DNA from: an uncultured Candidatus Saccharibacteria bacterium
GTDB taxonomy: Bacteria; Patescibacteriota; Saccharimonadia; Saccharimonadales; Saccharimonadaceae
Length of the DNA: 64,000 nucleotides
Direction of reading: 5' to 3'
NCBI GenBank assembly: GCA_946406665.1
Contig: CAMJLE010000002.1
Coordinates: 1,200-65,199, forward strand
Shown here: positions 1-9,511 of the stretch, in pieces
Position numbering within the stretch: position 1 is the first letter of the stretch
How the letters are laid out: each line of letters opens with the position of its first letter
The notes under the pieces: generated by a model
Database searches by the model: none
What the model saw: the letters and a program-made list of their open reading frames with translations, nothing else
What the model was told of the DNA's origin: nothing
Translations under genes and position numbers: made by a program

Positions 1-523
1 GTCCAACCGCCTGTTGCATACTGGACAATACGGTTGCGATGGCGAAAAGGAAAGGATTTATGGCGATTACGCGCATCATATTAATGGCGAGCGCCATAGC
101 GGATTCGTTGAGGCCAGGCGCAACTACGTAGCGGACTAGCGGATCTGCAAATACCATAATAAATATAGAGGCGATCAAGCACAGAATTGCGAGAAAATTG
201 AGAATACTACCACTTAGCTCCCAGGCGGATTTTTTATTGCCCGCCACTAGGCGCTGGTTGAATACCGGAATAAAGGTAACGGCAAGAGCGCCCGAAGTAA
301 TGATAAAGAAAAGAAAATCTGGGACCGTAAAAGCGGCCGTATAAGCATCGAGGCCTGCTGGATAGGTGTCGTAATACATTGAATTAAGCCAGCGATCCCG
401 AAAGATGCCGAGCAATGCCGAGATGAGAGTGGAGCTAGCAATGACGATTGCGGCGGTCTTGACCGATAGTCGCGTATTAACTAGTGAAACGACTGAGCGA
501 AAGCGATTTTTTTGTCCTTTCAT
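1..523 (-). CDS. murJ: Lipid II flippase MurJ/MviN, N-terminal part (gene continues past window start)
   Basis: Absent from the ORF track because it runs off the edge. My translation from the ATG (complement of 521-523) gives MKGQKNRFRSVVSLVNTRLSVKTAAIVIASSTLISALLGIFRDRWLNSMYYDTYPAGLDAYTAAFTVPDFLFFII..., a typical MurJ N-terminus and polytopic membrane protein. Confidence 0.7.
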   Translation of the reverse strand, partial: MKGQKNRFRSVVSLVNTRLSVKTAAIVIASSTLISALLGIFRDRWLNSMYYDTYPAGLDAYTAAFTVPDFLFFIITSGALAVTFIPVFNQRLVAGNKKSAWELSGSILNFLAILCLIASIFIMVFADPLVRYVVAPGLNESAMALAINMMRVIAINPFLFAIATVLSSMQQAVG

Positions 524-532
524 AGACCCCCT

Positions 533-2431
533 CTAATCATGCAACTTTGCAGCATCTGGCAGCGTAGTGCCTTCAAGTATTTTTGCGACTTCTTTATCCT
601 CGAGCGATTCTTTTTCGAGCAAGACAGTTGCTAGTTCATCGAGGTACTTGCGGTTAGCCTTGAGAACCGCCTCGGCGCGCATGACAGCTTCTTTGTTGAG
701 TGCTTCTATTTCCGAATCGATGAGCTCGGAGGTCTTTTCGGAATAAGTCTTTGCGCGGTCGCCGAAGAAATTAACTTCGTCGGAATTGAAGACTTGGTCA
801 CGTAGCTTTGCGCCCATACCCTCTTGTGCAACCATTTCGCGAGCAAGCTCAGCGACGTGTTGCAAATCGGAACTGGCGCCCGTAGTGATGCCGTCTTTGC
901 CGAGAATCATACGTTCCGCCACGCGGCCGCCCATCGCGCGAGCAAGTACATCTTTGAGTTCGTAAATGCTCTTGTAGCTGCGGTCTTCTGGCGGAATAAA
1001 CCAAGTCACGCCACCCGCATGTCCACGCGGGATAATAGTAACTTTGTGCACAGGATCGGAGTCGGGTAAAACATGACCAACAATGGCATGGCCGGCCTCA
1101 TGATAGGCAGTGATGCGACGTTCTTGGTCATTCATAACCTTCGACTTGCGCTCTGGGCCAATAGATACGCGCTCGAAAGCTTCAGTAATATCCGAATTGG
1201 TAACTTCGGTATGATTTAGACGCGCAGCAGTAATGGCTGCTTCATTGGCGATATTTGCCAAATCCGCACCAGAGCTACCAGCAGTTTTCGCGGCAAGAGC
1301 GTCAATATTAACATCCTTGGCGACTGGCTTATTTTTAAAATGAACTTTAAGAATTTCGACGCGATCTTTGCGTTCTGGCAAAGTAACGTTGACGTGACGG
1401 TCGAAGCGGCCCGGACGGAGGAGCGCCTTGTCAAGCATGTCGACACGGTTGGTGGCGGCCATTACGATTACGCCGGTATCATTATCGAAACCGTCCATCT
1501 CCACGAGAATCTGATTGAGCGTCTGTTCGTCTTCGCGACCAGCTCCACCACGGGCATCACGCTTGTGCGCGACAGCATCGATTTCGTCGATGAAGATAAT
1601 ACTAGGCGCATTCTTCTTGGCTTTGCCAAAAAGGTCGCGCACGCGAGAGGCGCCTACGCCGACGAACATTTCGGCAAATTCGGAACCGGAAATCGAGAAG
1701 AACGGTACGCCCGCCTCGCCAGCAACAGCACGCGCCATGAGAGTCTTACCAGTACCAGGATCGCCAGCTAGCAAAACGCCGCGTGGAATCTTGGCGCCGA
1801 GCTTTTCATATTTCTTTGGATTCTTGAGAAAATCGACAATTTCGGAAAGATCTTGCTTGGCAGATTCATTACCAGCAACGTCTTCAAAGGTGACGCGCTT
1901 CTTTTCGTTACCATAGAGACGAGCCTTAGCTTTGCCGAAACCCATCGACTGATTGTTCATACTCTGCGCTTGGCGCATCATGTAGGCGAGAAAACCGACG
2001 ATAATTAGAATTGGAACAACGATGAGTGCGACGTCAAGAATAATGCCCATAGTATCGACATTTTCGATGATTTCGACCGCAACCTTGCCCTCGTTGATAA
2101 CCTCCTCAAAGCCCTGCTCTTGCAGGGTGCCAGCACCATCCTTGCGCGAAATGATGGTTTTTGGCAAATCCGACCCGTCTTTTGTGGTGACCTTAAGTTC
2201 GTTTCCTTTAACCTCGATCTTTTCGAGTTTGCCGTCCTTTGCGTATGATAATACTTCGGTAAGCGTGCGCTCTTCGGTCTTGACCCCGGCGTCTGGATTG
2301 AAGGCCGTAAACGCGGCCATGCCTATGATGATTACAACCATCCAGAAGATAAACAGACGAACAGTATTGATGAATTTATTTGGCTTTTTTTGCGGACGCT
2401 TTCCGCTGACACTTTTTTTATATTCTGGCAT
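533..2431 (-). CDS. ftsH: ATP-dependent zinc metalloprotease FtsH
   Basis: 632 aa with an N-terminal TM, AAA+ Walker A GDPGTGKT, the second region of homology, and the HEAGHA zinc motif. Confidence 0.95.
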   Translation of the reverse strand: MPEYKKSVSGKRPQKKPNKFINTVRLFIFWMVVIIIGMAAFTAFNPDAGVKTEERTLTEVLSYAKDGKLEKIEVKGNELKVTTKDGSDLPKTIISRKDGAGTLQEQGFEEVINEGKVAVEIIENVDTMGIILDVALIVVPILIIVGFLAYMMRQAQSMNNQSMGFGKAKARLYGNEKKRVTFEDVAGNESAKQDLSEIVDFLKNPKKYEKLGAKIPRGVLLAGDPGTGKTLMARAVAGEAGVPFFSISGSEFAEMFVGVGASRVRDLFGKAKKNAPSIIFIDEIDAVAHKRDARGGAGREDEQTLNQILVEMDGFDNDTGVIVMAATNRVDMLDKALLRPGRFDRHVNVTLPERKDRVEILKVHFKNKPVAKDVNIDALAAKTAGSSGADLANIANEAAITAARLNHTEVTNSDITEAFERVSIGPERKSKVMNDQERRITAYHEAGHAIVGHVLPDSDPVHKVTIIPRGHAGGVTWFIPPEDRSYKSIYELKDVLARAMGGRVAERMILGKDGITTGASSDLQHVAELAREMVAQEGMGAKLRDQVFNSDEVNFFGDRAKTYSEKTSELIDSEIEALNKEAVMRAEAVLKANRKYLDELATVLLEKESLEDKEVAKILEGTTLPDAAKLHD

Positions 2432-2614
2432 TTAAACTCCTAAAATTAAATGGGCGACACACTCTCACCCTATCATCTATTAATTATAACAAAGAACGGA
2501 TAAGTTGTCCGCCTTGGCTTTAATTGACTTTTTTGTATTTTTGTGGTATAATGTCCTTATACGTACTTTTTACTCGGAAGCACAAAAAAGAGAGCTCGCT
2601 GGCTCTATTTTTTG

Positions 2615-2690
2615 TGGTCGGGGTTAGCAGGCTCGAACTGCTGACCTCGCGCTCCCAAAGCGCGCGCGCTACCAACTGCGCCAAACCCCG
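2615..2690 (-). tRNA. tRNA-Pro (anticodon TGG), CCA encoded
   Basis: The reverse complement folds as a cloverleaf: CGGGGTT/AACCCCG acceptor, anticodon stem CGCGC/GCGCG with loop TTTGGGA, T-loop TTCGAGC. It is followed on the minus strand by hairpin AGAGC..GCTCT plus a T-run (2590-2612). Confidence 0.9.
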
Positions 2691-2729
2691 GCTTGGGTAA
2701 TTATATCATAATTATGGTAGAATTGAAAC

Positions 2730-4274
2730 ATGAAAGATTACTTGATGAAGAGGCGGCGTATTTTTTTAATTATGATGCCGGCTCTCCTTGGTGCGCTTTA
2801 TATGATTCTCTGCGCAGCTAATCTTAGGCAATCAATATGGTTCGATGAATCGTTTAGTTCTTATCTCACCCGTTTTGATCTAAAAAGTATCTGGGAGTTC
2901 ACTGCTGCTGATGTGCATCCGCCATTTTATTATTATCTGTTGAAAGCCTGGGCGCACGTCTTTGGTCATACGGATTTTGCGATGCGCATGTTGTCGACCG
3001 TGCTGGGCGCAGTGGCAATTTTATTTGCGTTCTTATGGCTAAAATACAAGTACGGGCTGAGAGCCGCCACCGTTGGAGGGTTTTTACTGAGCATTTCGCC
3101 GATTTTCATACGCTACGGACAAGAGATGCGTATGTATACGTTAGTGGTAGCGATTGTCTTCGCGGCAACATTTTTCTTGCAATTAGCTATAGATAATGGC
3201 AAAAAATGCTGGTGGATTATCTATGCAATATTAGTAGCGTTGGGGATGTGGACGCATTATTTTGCGGCGCTTGCCTGGTGTGCGCACGTATTCTACTTAC
3301 TCAAGATTTACGGGAAAAACTTCTGGACAAAAAAGATCTGGGCAATTTACCTCTTGTCTGTAGCATTATTCCTACCTTGGATGCCGAGTCTTTATAGGCA
3401 ATTTTCCGACGTAGAACAGAACGGTTTTTGGGTAAGCTCGGTTAATGTTTCAACTATCACGAGCTATTTTACAGAAGGCACATTCTATATGCGGGCGGAC
3501 GAGATAAAGAATTGGCTAATGATTTTTGCATCACTAGTATTTCTAGCAATTGGCTTCGTGTTGATTCGTTACAGAAAACAAATGAGTATGCTACTGGCGA
3601 TGGCTTTTGTGCCTTTAGCGCTTCTTTTGCTGCTGTCAATGCCGCCGCTAAATCCGCTCTTCATCTCGCGCTATATTCTTTTCGCGATGTTGGCTTTGCC
3701 GATAGCCTTTGGTGTAGGTCTGGTATTTTTAGCGAACGATTCTACAAAAAAGACACCTCGCAAAAAAACAAAGCTTTGGAAAAAGCGTTTGATTGCGCCA
3801 ATCCTTACCCTACTAATTATGGTGAGCTCAATAATTGGTATCGCTTCGGTCTACCAGAAAGGCAACTACAATATGGATACGGGAATGAAAACCGTAAGCA
3901 AGGATGTCTATGAATCGGTGATTAGTCTTGATGGTGGCGAGAATCTACCGATTGTGAGCAATTCGGCTTGGTTATATTATGATTTGGCCGCTTACACTTC
4001 GGAGGAACACCCGGTTCTATTTATCAATGAAAAGACGAGCTACAGGTATGGATCAACACTCCCGCTCAAGAACAGTTACTTTGGGCGAATTGACGATTTG
4101 GATGGCTGGCTGGCAAAGCATGATAGCTTTTGGTACGTTGGGAAAGCGCCAACCAAGGAAGGCCAGGATTATATCAAGTTTCCGCGAAGTGGCTGGCGTG
4201 TGGTGCAAGTCATGACTCAGAAGTTTGACGAGCATAGCGATACTTACCAAATCTTGAAATTAGAGAGAGAATAG
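2730..4274 (+). CDS. Polytopic glycosyltransferase, ArnT/PMT-like (GT39/GT83-type)
   Basis: 514 aa with many TM segments. The early loop motif FDESF...DVHPPFYYYLLKAW is typical of dolichyl/undecaprenyl-phosphate sugar transferases. Confidence 0.6.
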   Translation: MKDYLMKRRRIFLIMMPALLGALYMILCAANLRQSIWFDESFSSYLTRFDLKSIWEFTAADVHPPFYYYLLKAWAHVFGHTDFAMRMLSTVLGAVAILFAFLWLKYKYGLRAATVGGFLLSISPIFIRYGQEMRMYTLVVAIVFAATFFLQLAIDNGKKCWWIIYAILVALGMWTHYFAALAWCAHVFYLLKIYGKNFWTKKIWAIYLLSVALFLPWMPSLYRQFSDVEQNGFWVSSVNVSTITSYFTEGTFYMRADEIKNWLMIFASLVFLAIGFVLIRYRKQMSMLLAMAFVPLALLLLLSMPPLNPLFISRYILFAMLALPIAFGVGLVFLANDSTKKTPRKKTKLWKKRLIAPILTLLIMVSSIIGIASVYQKGNYNMDTGMKTVSKDVYESVISLDGGENLPIVSNSAWLYYDLAAYTSEEHPVLFINEKTSYRYGSTLPLKNSYFGRIDDLDGWLAKHDSFWYVGKAPTKEGQDYIKFPRSGWRVVQVMTQKFDEHSDTYQILKLERE

Positions 4275-4293
4275 AGATATAATAGGCTAGAGT

Positions 4294-4369
4294 CGGGGCG
4301 TGGCGCAGTTGGTAGCGCGCGCGGTTCGGGACTGCGAGGTCGCCTGTTCGAGTCAGGTCGCCCCGACCA
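4294..4369 (+). tRNA. tRNA-Pro (anticodon CGG), CCA encoded
   Basis: CGGGGCG/CGCCCCG acceptor, anticodon loop TTCGGGA, T-loop TTCGAGT, 76 nt. Confidence 0.9.
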
Positions 4370-4421
4370 GCGAAGTAATAAACGAGAATACCCTACAGAT
4401 GTAGGAGTATTTTTTATGAAT

Positions 4422-5636
4422 TTAGCGTTGAATGATCGCGCGAATGGCCAACAATATACCAAGGAAAATGGCCGCAATAAAGATGCCTGCCCCAATGAAC
4501 TTGGCAATAATTAGAGGATAGTCGTAGAAGTCTATTTCATCTTCAAGATAGATCTTGGTTGAATATAGCTCATCCTCGCCGTTATATATAGTAAAAGTTC
4601 CGAGCTCTGCTCCGAGCGGAACATCCGGAGTAATTTCGTTAATGCCGTCGAATTTATACGTCAATTGACTTAGCTCAATGTCTTTATGTAAAATTGCGCG
4701 AACGTCCTGTTTTGATCTGATTTCTAGGGTTTTTTGCTTGCTATCAGTAACAGTAAAGGTCTTCAGATAATCACCGGTGCGAAGTATTTCTCTCTCAATG
4801 TAGGTTTCTTTTACGTAAGTATAAATGCGGCTAGCATCTTTGAGATGCTCCGTAGAGTTGGGATTAGCACCGAGCGTCACAAGAATATAGTTGACACCGT
4901 TTAGTTTAGAATTGCTAGCAAGGCAACGCCCGGCAAGTTGCGTATATCCGGTTTTTCCGCCAATAATATCTGGTCGTTTCGTAAAAGTTTTTTCCGCAGT
5001 AAGATTGACTGATTTTAGCTGATATCTGTAAGTTTGAAAGATTTTGGCAAAGGTTTTATTTTTGAGTGCGGCCTGCAAAATTATTGCCATATCATGAGCA
5101 GTAGAGTAGTTATCTTCATTCATGCCTACCGGATTACTGAAATGAGTGTTTTTAAGACCCAGTTCCTTAGCTTTTTGATTCATGGCATTCGCAAAATTAG
5201 CAATAGACCCGCTAGTAGAGATTGCGAGAGCTTGGGCGGCATCGCCGGCGGATGGCAGCATCGTGGCGTAGAGCAAATCTTCAATCGTTACACGCTGCCC
5301 TGCCCTCAGTCCAATTGCTACGTAATCTCCGAGATTGCCCACCATTTCGTTGGTAATAACTACCGCTTCGTCAAGATTGCGATGCTCGAGCACCACGAGC
5401 GCTGTCATTATTTTAGTCAAAGATGCAATCGGTAATTTCTTATGAGCCTGATGGCTGAGAATAGTCTTGCCATGATCGATATCTTGCAAAAAGACAGCTT
5501 GCGAACTGACACCAAGGTCTTTAACTACTTCCGCATCAGTCCTAAGCGCCGCGACCGACGTGCTCTGCAAAAAGCAAAGAAGTAGCACTGCGGCACCGAT
5601 GGCCAATTTTGCGTTCGTGCGCATAAATGAAATCAT
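4422..5636 (-). CDS. D-alanyl-D-alanine carboxypeptidase (serine-type, PBP5/6-like) with C-terminal TM anchor
   Basis: SLTK (SxxK), SAGDA (SxN-like) and KTGYT motifs. I chose the start at MISFMRTNAKL (ATG at 5636), one nt after the upstream gene's stop. The track ORF extends further, to 5702. Confidence 0.8.
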   Translation of the reverse strand: MISFMRTNAKLAIGAAVLLLCFLQSTSVAALRTDAEVVKDLGVSSQAVFLQDIDHGKTILSHQAHKKLPIASLTKIMTALVVLEHRNLDEAVVITNEMVGNLGDYVAIGLRAGQRVTIEDLLYATMLPSAGDAAQALAISTSGSIANFANAMNQKAKELGLKNTHFSNPVGMNEDNYSTAHDMAIILQAALKNKTFAKIFQTYRYQLKSVNLTAEKTFTKRPDIIGGKTGYTQLAGRCLASNSKLNGVNYILVTLGANPNSTEHLKDASRIYTYVKETYIEREILRTGDYLKTFTVTDSKQKTLEIRSKQDVRAILHKDIELSQLTYKFDGINEITPDVPLGAELGTFTIYNGEDELYSTKIYLEDEIDFYDYPLIIAKFIGAGIFIAAIFLGILLAIRAIIQR

Positions 5637-5637
5637 T

Positions 5638-7641
5638 TTACATGCCAGGAATTCGGAATGCACTAGGATCAGCCGGATATACCTGGTCAGGCATAACGCC
5701 ATTCTGGATAGCGCCAGAGTCGTCCGATTGTACTGGCTCTGCTACGGCCGGCATTGAAATATCGGGGATAGATGAATCCACAGTTGCATTCGGGTCGCCA
5801 AGACCTTCAACCCCATTCTTTAGCTGATCGGCAAAATCTTGGGCCGAGGGCGACTCAAACGGTGCCGAAGCGGGCGCATCGGATACCGACTCTGGCGCAG
5901 CGGCTGGATCGAAAGGAAGCGGCGGAGGCGGAAGAACCGTATTAGCATCAGGCATCGGTAGTGGCGGATCGACATATTCGTTGTTTACAGTATCAGATTC
6001 GCCTTGCGCAATACTGGTCGGCTCCGGTGACGTATCCATAACTGGCATGTCGCTCGGTACTGGAGCTGACAGAGGCTCGGATTCAGAAATATCTTCCGTT
6101 GACGGCTGTTGCACTGGCTCGTCGGATAGTTCAGAAGCCATCATTGCGGCATAGTTTTTGGGGACTTTCGGCGGCTCAAGAGCTTCACTCGGCGGAACGA
6201 GGTTCTTTTTTACGTGGACATTTGGGTCCTGAAGCTCATTCAAAATTGAGCCGTCGCTATTTGCGCCGTTAGCTGGTGCGACTAGCTGTTCGAGTTTTGC
6301 GGCAGCATCTGGGTCTTCGCCCATCACGAAGTCCGGCTCGTCCACGGATAGCTTAATTTGCGGCTCCGGAACAGCTGGTGCGATTGGCGTAATAGGCGCT
6401 TCTATCACGGGTGGCTCGTCAGGCTCTGATGGTTGCTCAGATTGTGGTGACTGCTCGACTACTGGCGTTGGCGTTTCTTCTAATTTTGGATCTTGACCAA
6501 ATGCCTGCTCCGGTTGCTCGACAGGCTCTGATTGAGGTTCCGGTTTCGGTTCAGGCTGAGGTTCTGGCTGTGGCTCAGGCTGTGGTTCCGGCTGCGGTTC
6601 GGGTTCAGCCTGAGGAGCTTGAGGTACGGGCTGCTGTTTTGGCTCGGGCTGAGATTCTTCCTTTGAAGACGCGTCATTTGCTGGCTTCTCGTCGTCAGCC
6701 TTCATCTCGTGGTCGTCGGTCGCATGATGAATTTCTAGGCTGGTAGGATCCTTTGGCTTTTCAGCTTCGACAGCCTTCGTCTCGCCAATCACATCGCTAA
6801 GATCATCGTTTGAGCTCGCTTTGGCGTCCTCGGAAGCATCGACTACGTCGGAAGTAAGAATATCCACAGGGATGCTTGACGAAATTAGCTGCTGATCGGC
6901 GCCGGCGGCCATAAGTTTACTTGCGACGGCCATTGTCTCTGGAGAGGTGCGCTCGTTCGAGAAACGATTCGTAGCAGAAACAATACCAGCAAGAAGTGCG
7001 GTGGCCGTTGATTTATCTACGTCATCTTTATCTTTTTCTTTAATTGCTTCGGATAGCTTAAAAACCATCTCGGAGACAGAAGAAGCAGTGGGGTCGCCCC
7101 ACTCAAGGTCGCCAAATTTGCCTGGAACATTTGCCGAAATATTGATCGAGCTAGCGTCGTGCATGATGCGGCCATACTCAGTCAGAGCCGAATCAAGATC
7201 ATCGGAGCTAGCAACATTTAGCGCTATAACGAGGTCAACATTATAGTCGCCGTGGCTAAATTCCATATCTTGCTGATCGATAGTAGTCTTATACGGAGTA
7301 ATGAAGACTTTTACGTAATCGCCGTCAATCTTGTAACGAAGGTGGTCAGCCTTCTCTTTGTCTAGGGCGATAATGAAATCCTGCAAACTATTGGTATTCG
7401 TTTCGAAAGTTTTCTCTGGCTCAAGAAATTCGATGGCATTCGGCACAGCGCCAGAGAAAATAGCTGTAGCATGTTTGCCGATTCTGTCTAATATAAAAGT
7501 GAGACCTAGTGCGGCGGACAGTTCGTCGACGCTTGGATCCTTAGAGAGGGCGACTAATACGTTGTCGCTCTGCCGCACGCGTTCGGCGACCTGCGAAATA
7601 ACGCTAGCATCCCCTTTAGGCTGAGTATTTGGATTTGGCAT
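5638..7641 (-). CDS. Protein with degenerate DHH-phosphoesterase-like N-domain and long Pro/Glu/Gln-rich low-complexity tail
   Basis: 667 aa. The first ~300 aa has an NrnA-like layout (..VLVALSKDPSVDE.., ..DLVIALNV.., ..LLAGIVSATNRF..) but the DHH catalytic residues are not evident. The rest is PEPQ-type low complexity. Confidence 0.45.
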   Translation of the reverse strand: MPNPNTQPKGDASVISQVAERVRQSDNVLVALSKDPSVDELSAALGLTFILDRIGKHATAIFSGAVPNAIEFLEPEKTFETNTNSLQDFIIALDKEKADHLRYKIDGDYVKVFITPYKTTIDQQDMEFSHGDYNVDLVIALNVASSDDLDSALTEYGRIMHDASSINISANVPGKFGDLEWGDPTASSVSEMVFKLSEAIKEKDKDDVDKSTATALLAGIVSATNRFSNERTSPETMAVASKLMAAGADQQLISSSIPVDILTSDVVDASEDAKASSNDDLSDVIGETKAVEAEKPKDPTSLEIHHATDDHEMKADDEKPANDASSKEESQPEPKQQPVPQAPQAEPEPQPEPQPEPQPEPQPEPKPEPQSEPVEQPEQAFGQDPKLEETPTPVVEQSPQSEQPSEPDEPPVIEAPITPIAPAVPEPQIKLSVDEPDFVMGEDPDAAAKLEQLVAPANGANSDGSILNELQDPNVHVKKNLVPPSEALEPPKVPKNYAAMMASELSDEPVQQPSTEDISESEPLSAPVPSDMPVMDTSPEPTSIAQGESDTVNNEYVDPPLPMPDANTVLPPPPLPFDPAAAPESVSDAPASAPFESPSAQDFADQLKNGVEGLGDPNATVDSSIPDISMPAVAEPVQSDDSGAIQNGVMPDQVYPADPSAFRIPGM
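6536..6613. repeat. In-frame tandem hexanucleotide-type repeat encoding (E/Q)P repeats (EPEPQPEPQPEPQPEPQPEPKPEPQ)
   Basis: Repeated ggttc/ggctg units are visible on the + strand, inside CDS 5638..7641. Confidence 0.6.
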
Positions 7642-7798
7642 TGTTGTTATTTCTGTTTATTTTTGACCTTTGATGCTTAGAGTTTAGCATAAGTTTATTC
7701 TGTTTGCAAGTGTTAAATCATCTCAACACTTTACATATTGCAAATTTTAGAATATAATATGGGTTAATCGAAATAATAATTTAAGGAATAAAAGATAA

Positions 7799-8215
7799 AT
7801 GCCGATTATTAAATCCGCAAAGAAAGCTGCGCGCCAAGCTGAGAAGCGTCGCGACAACAATCAAGCGATCAAAAAGGTTATCCGCAATGCATTGAAGGAT
7901 TTCCGTAACAAACCAACTGCCGAAAAGATGGCAATTGTTCAATCCGAATACGACAAGGCCGTAAAGAAAGGCCTAATCAAGAAAAATACCGCTAGCCGTC
8001 GCAAGGCAAATCTTGCTAAGTGGGCAAAAGAGCACGGTGTTAAGTTTACTGAGAGCAAAAAGGCTGCTCCAGCAAAAGCTGCTACCAAGAAGGAAGTCGA
8101 GAAGCCAGCCGAAGCTAAGAAACCAGCTGCAAAGAAGAGCACTACTGCAAAGAAGCCGGCCGCCAAAAAGCCAGCCGCAAAGAAAACAACAGCAAAGAAA
8201 GCTGAAGAAAAATAA
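7799..8215 (+). CDS. rpsT: 30S ribosomal protein S20 with Lys/Ala-rich C-terminal extension
   Basis: MPIIKSAKKAARQAEKRRDNNQAIKKVIRNALK is a canonical S20 N-terminus. The last ~50 aa are AKKPAAKK-type repeats. SD AAGGAA lies upstream. Confidence 0.9.
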   Translation: MPIIKSAKKAARQAEKRRDNNQAIKKVIRNALKDFRNKPTAEKMAIVQSEYDKAVKKGLIKKNTASRRKANLAKWAKEHGVKFTESKKAAPAKAATKKEVEKPAEAKKPAAKKSTTAKKPAAKKPAAKKTTAKKAEEK

Positions 8216-8230
8216 ATACAAGTCCATAAC

Positions 8231-8262
8231 AAAATATCTCCGCAATTGCGGAGATATTTTTT
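8231..8262. terminator. Bidirectional intrinsic terminator
   Basis: AAAATATCTCCGCAATTGCGGAGATATTTTTT: a perfect hairpin flanked by an A-run and a T-run, between convergent rpsT and the 8261..8824 gene. Confidence 0.7.
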
Positions 8263-8824
8263 ATCCTGCAATAGTGTCGTGTTCGGCCGACTCGAGCAAC
8301 TCGCCGTAGCTCTGCTCAATCGGCTTGCCCTTTACTTTGAGAACCCGGAATGTCTCGACTAGGTCGGCATACGCTTCTTCTGGGTCATCCGCGTCACTGA
8401 GGACTGACTCGATACGCCCATAATATCCAGGAAGACCGTCAATCTTGTCGACATACATACTGATTGTGTCGCCCATATTGAGTTCTTCGCGACGACGACT
8501 CACTTCGTATTTAAGCTCATAGCCAAGTTGATAAACAATGTGCGCAGCCTCGGTATAATCTTTCACGATGGTGGAATTCACGATATCGAGATGCTTATCC
8601 TCGAAATGGCGACGAAGTACAAGAGCATAGACGGTTTTGTCTGGCGCCTTAACAATGGTGCGTAGTGAGAGCCTGGGCATAGATTTATCACGAGAATAGT
8701 TTTTGGGCACAAAAATGCGATCGTGTTGCCAATATGCCTCGGAAAATTTAAAATTAATTTCTTCGAGCGTCTGAATAAAGTCCACACGACTCTGTAGTTT
8801 CATTTTGACAATAGATTTTTTCAT
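8261..8824 (-). CDS. CYTH-like (class IV adenylate cyclase/triphosphatase-like) protein
   Basis: 187 aa. The size and beta-rich pattern resemble CyaB/CYTH proteins. The assignment is from memory only and is weak. Confidence 0.4.
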   Translation of the reverse strand: MKKSIVKMKLQSRVDFIQTLEEINFKFSEAYWQHDRIFVPKNYSRDKSMPRLSLRTIVKAPDKTVYALVLRRHFEDKHLDIVNSTIVKDYTEAAHIVYQLGYELKYEVSRRREELNMGDTISMYVDKIDGLPGYYGRIESVLSDADDPEEAYADLVETFRVLKVKGKPIEQSYGELLESAEHDTIAG

Positions 8825-9237
8825 AGCGTTGCTCCTTCGCGGGCCTTATTCGCCCATTCATCCGCATCCTCGTTGCCATCGGTGCCGACATGACCACGTG
8901 TCCATTCGAGGATGACATTCGGCTTACTGAGATATAGATTATATAGCTCTTGGACTAGCTCTAGATTTTTAATTTCACCAGTTTTCTTTTTCCACCCATT
9001 TTTTTGCCAATTAGTAGCCCACTTGGTGACAACGTTCACCCAAAACTCACTGTCGGTCGATATTTTGTCGCCAGCTTTGGCGATTTTGTATGCAGCTATG
9101 AGCGCCTGCGCCTCCATGCGGATATTAGTCGAATTCGCCTCGCGACCAAGCGCAACGGGTTGACCGTCGAGAATTACGGCATAGCCACCGGGGCCCGGAT
9201 TTGGGCTCGCGCTACCATCTGTAAAATAGTGTGCCAT
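8821..9237 (-). CDS. rnhA: Ribonuclease HI
   Basis: GSASPNPGPGGYAVIL, TNIRMEAQAL, WTRGHVGTDGNEDADEWA (DEDD residues). Its TGA stop overlaps the next start (ATGA). Confidence 0.9.
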   Translation of the reverse strand: MAHYFTDGSASPNPGPGGYAVILDGQPVALGREANSTNIRMEAQALIAAYKIAKAGDKISTDSEFWVNVVTKWATNWQKNGWKKKTGEIKNLELVQELYNLYLSKPNVILEWTRGHVGTDGNEDADEWANKAREGATL

Positions 9238-9270
9238 ATGTACAGTATTTTACCATAATTCAGCTTCCTA

Positions 9271-9299
9271 TTGCAAAAATGCTTATGATGTGCTATAAT
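9271..9299 (+). promoter_or_regulatory. Near-consensus sigma70-type promoter (TTGCAA-17 nt-TATAAT with TG extension)
   Basis: TTGCAA at 9271-76 and TGCTATAAT at 9291-99. It is followed by a + strand-specific hairpin plus T-run at 9311-9340, then a second TGTTAGAAT (9355-63) directly before tRNA-Leu. Confidence 0.5.
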
Positions 9300-9371
9300 A
9301 TATAGTATATGATCATTGCTTTCGGGCCGTGGTCTTTTTTGTATCTTTGAAAAGTGTTAGAATATAGCCAT

Positions 9372-9458
9372 GCCCGCGTGGCGGAATTGGCAGACGCGCT
9401 AGCTTCAGGTGCTAGTGCCTTTACGGGCGTGCTGGTTCAACTCCAGTCGCGGGCACCA
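9372..9458 (+). tRNA. tRNA-Leu (anticodon CAG), long variable arm, CCA encoded
   Basis: GCCCGCG/CGCGGGC acceptor, anticodon loop TTCAGGT, 87 nt. Confidence 0.9.
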
Positions 9459-9472
9459 CGGAATTATTGATT

Positions 9473-9511
9473 AAAAAATACTCACCCTCTTGTGGGTGAG
9501 TATTTTGTTTT
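9473..9511. terminator. Intrinsic terminator (bidirectional)
   Basis: ATACTCACCC..GGGTGAGTAT hairpin, preceded by an A-run and followed by TTTGTTTT. Confidence 0.7.

Noticed and set aside
824-2435. Several + strand ORFs (824..1069, 1340..1771, 1515..1916, 2022..2435)
   Set aside because: All are antisense shadows inside ftsH.
2432-2730. Possible sRNA between ftsH and the glycosyltransferase (TGGTATAAT promoter at about 2541-49 plus hairpin AGAGC..GCTCT)
   Set aside because: The hairpin with flanking A- and T-runs is most simply the terminator of the minus-strand tRNA-Pro. The evidence for an independent + strand RNA is too thin.
6411-8319. ORFs 6411..6746, 6480..6677, 6947..7246, 7358..7624, 7939..8319, 7973..8245 and 8013..8309
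   Set aside because: These are alternative-frame or antisense readings of the low-complexity PEPQ region and of the Lys/Ala-rich S20 tail. Repetitive composition explains their length.
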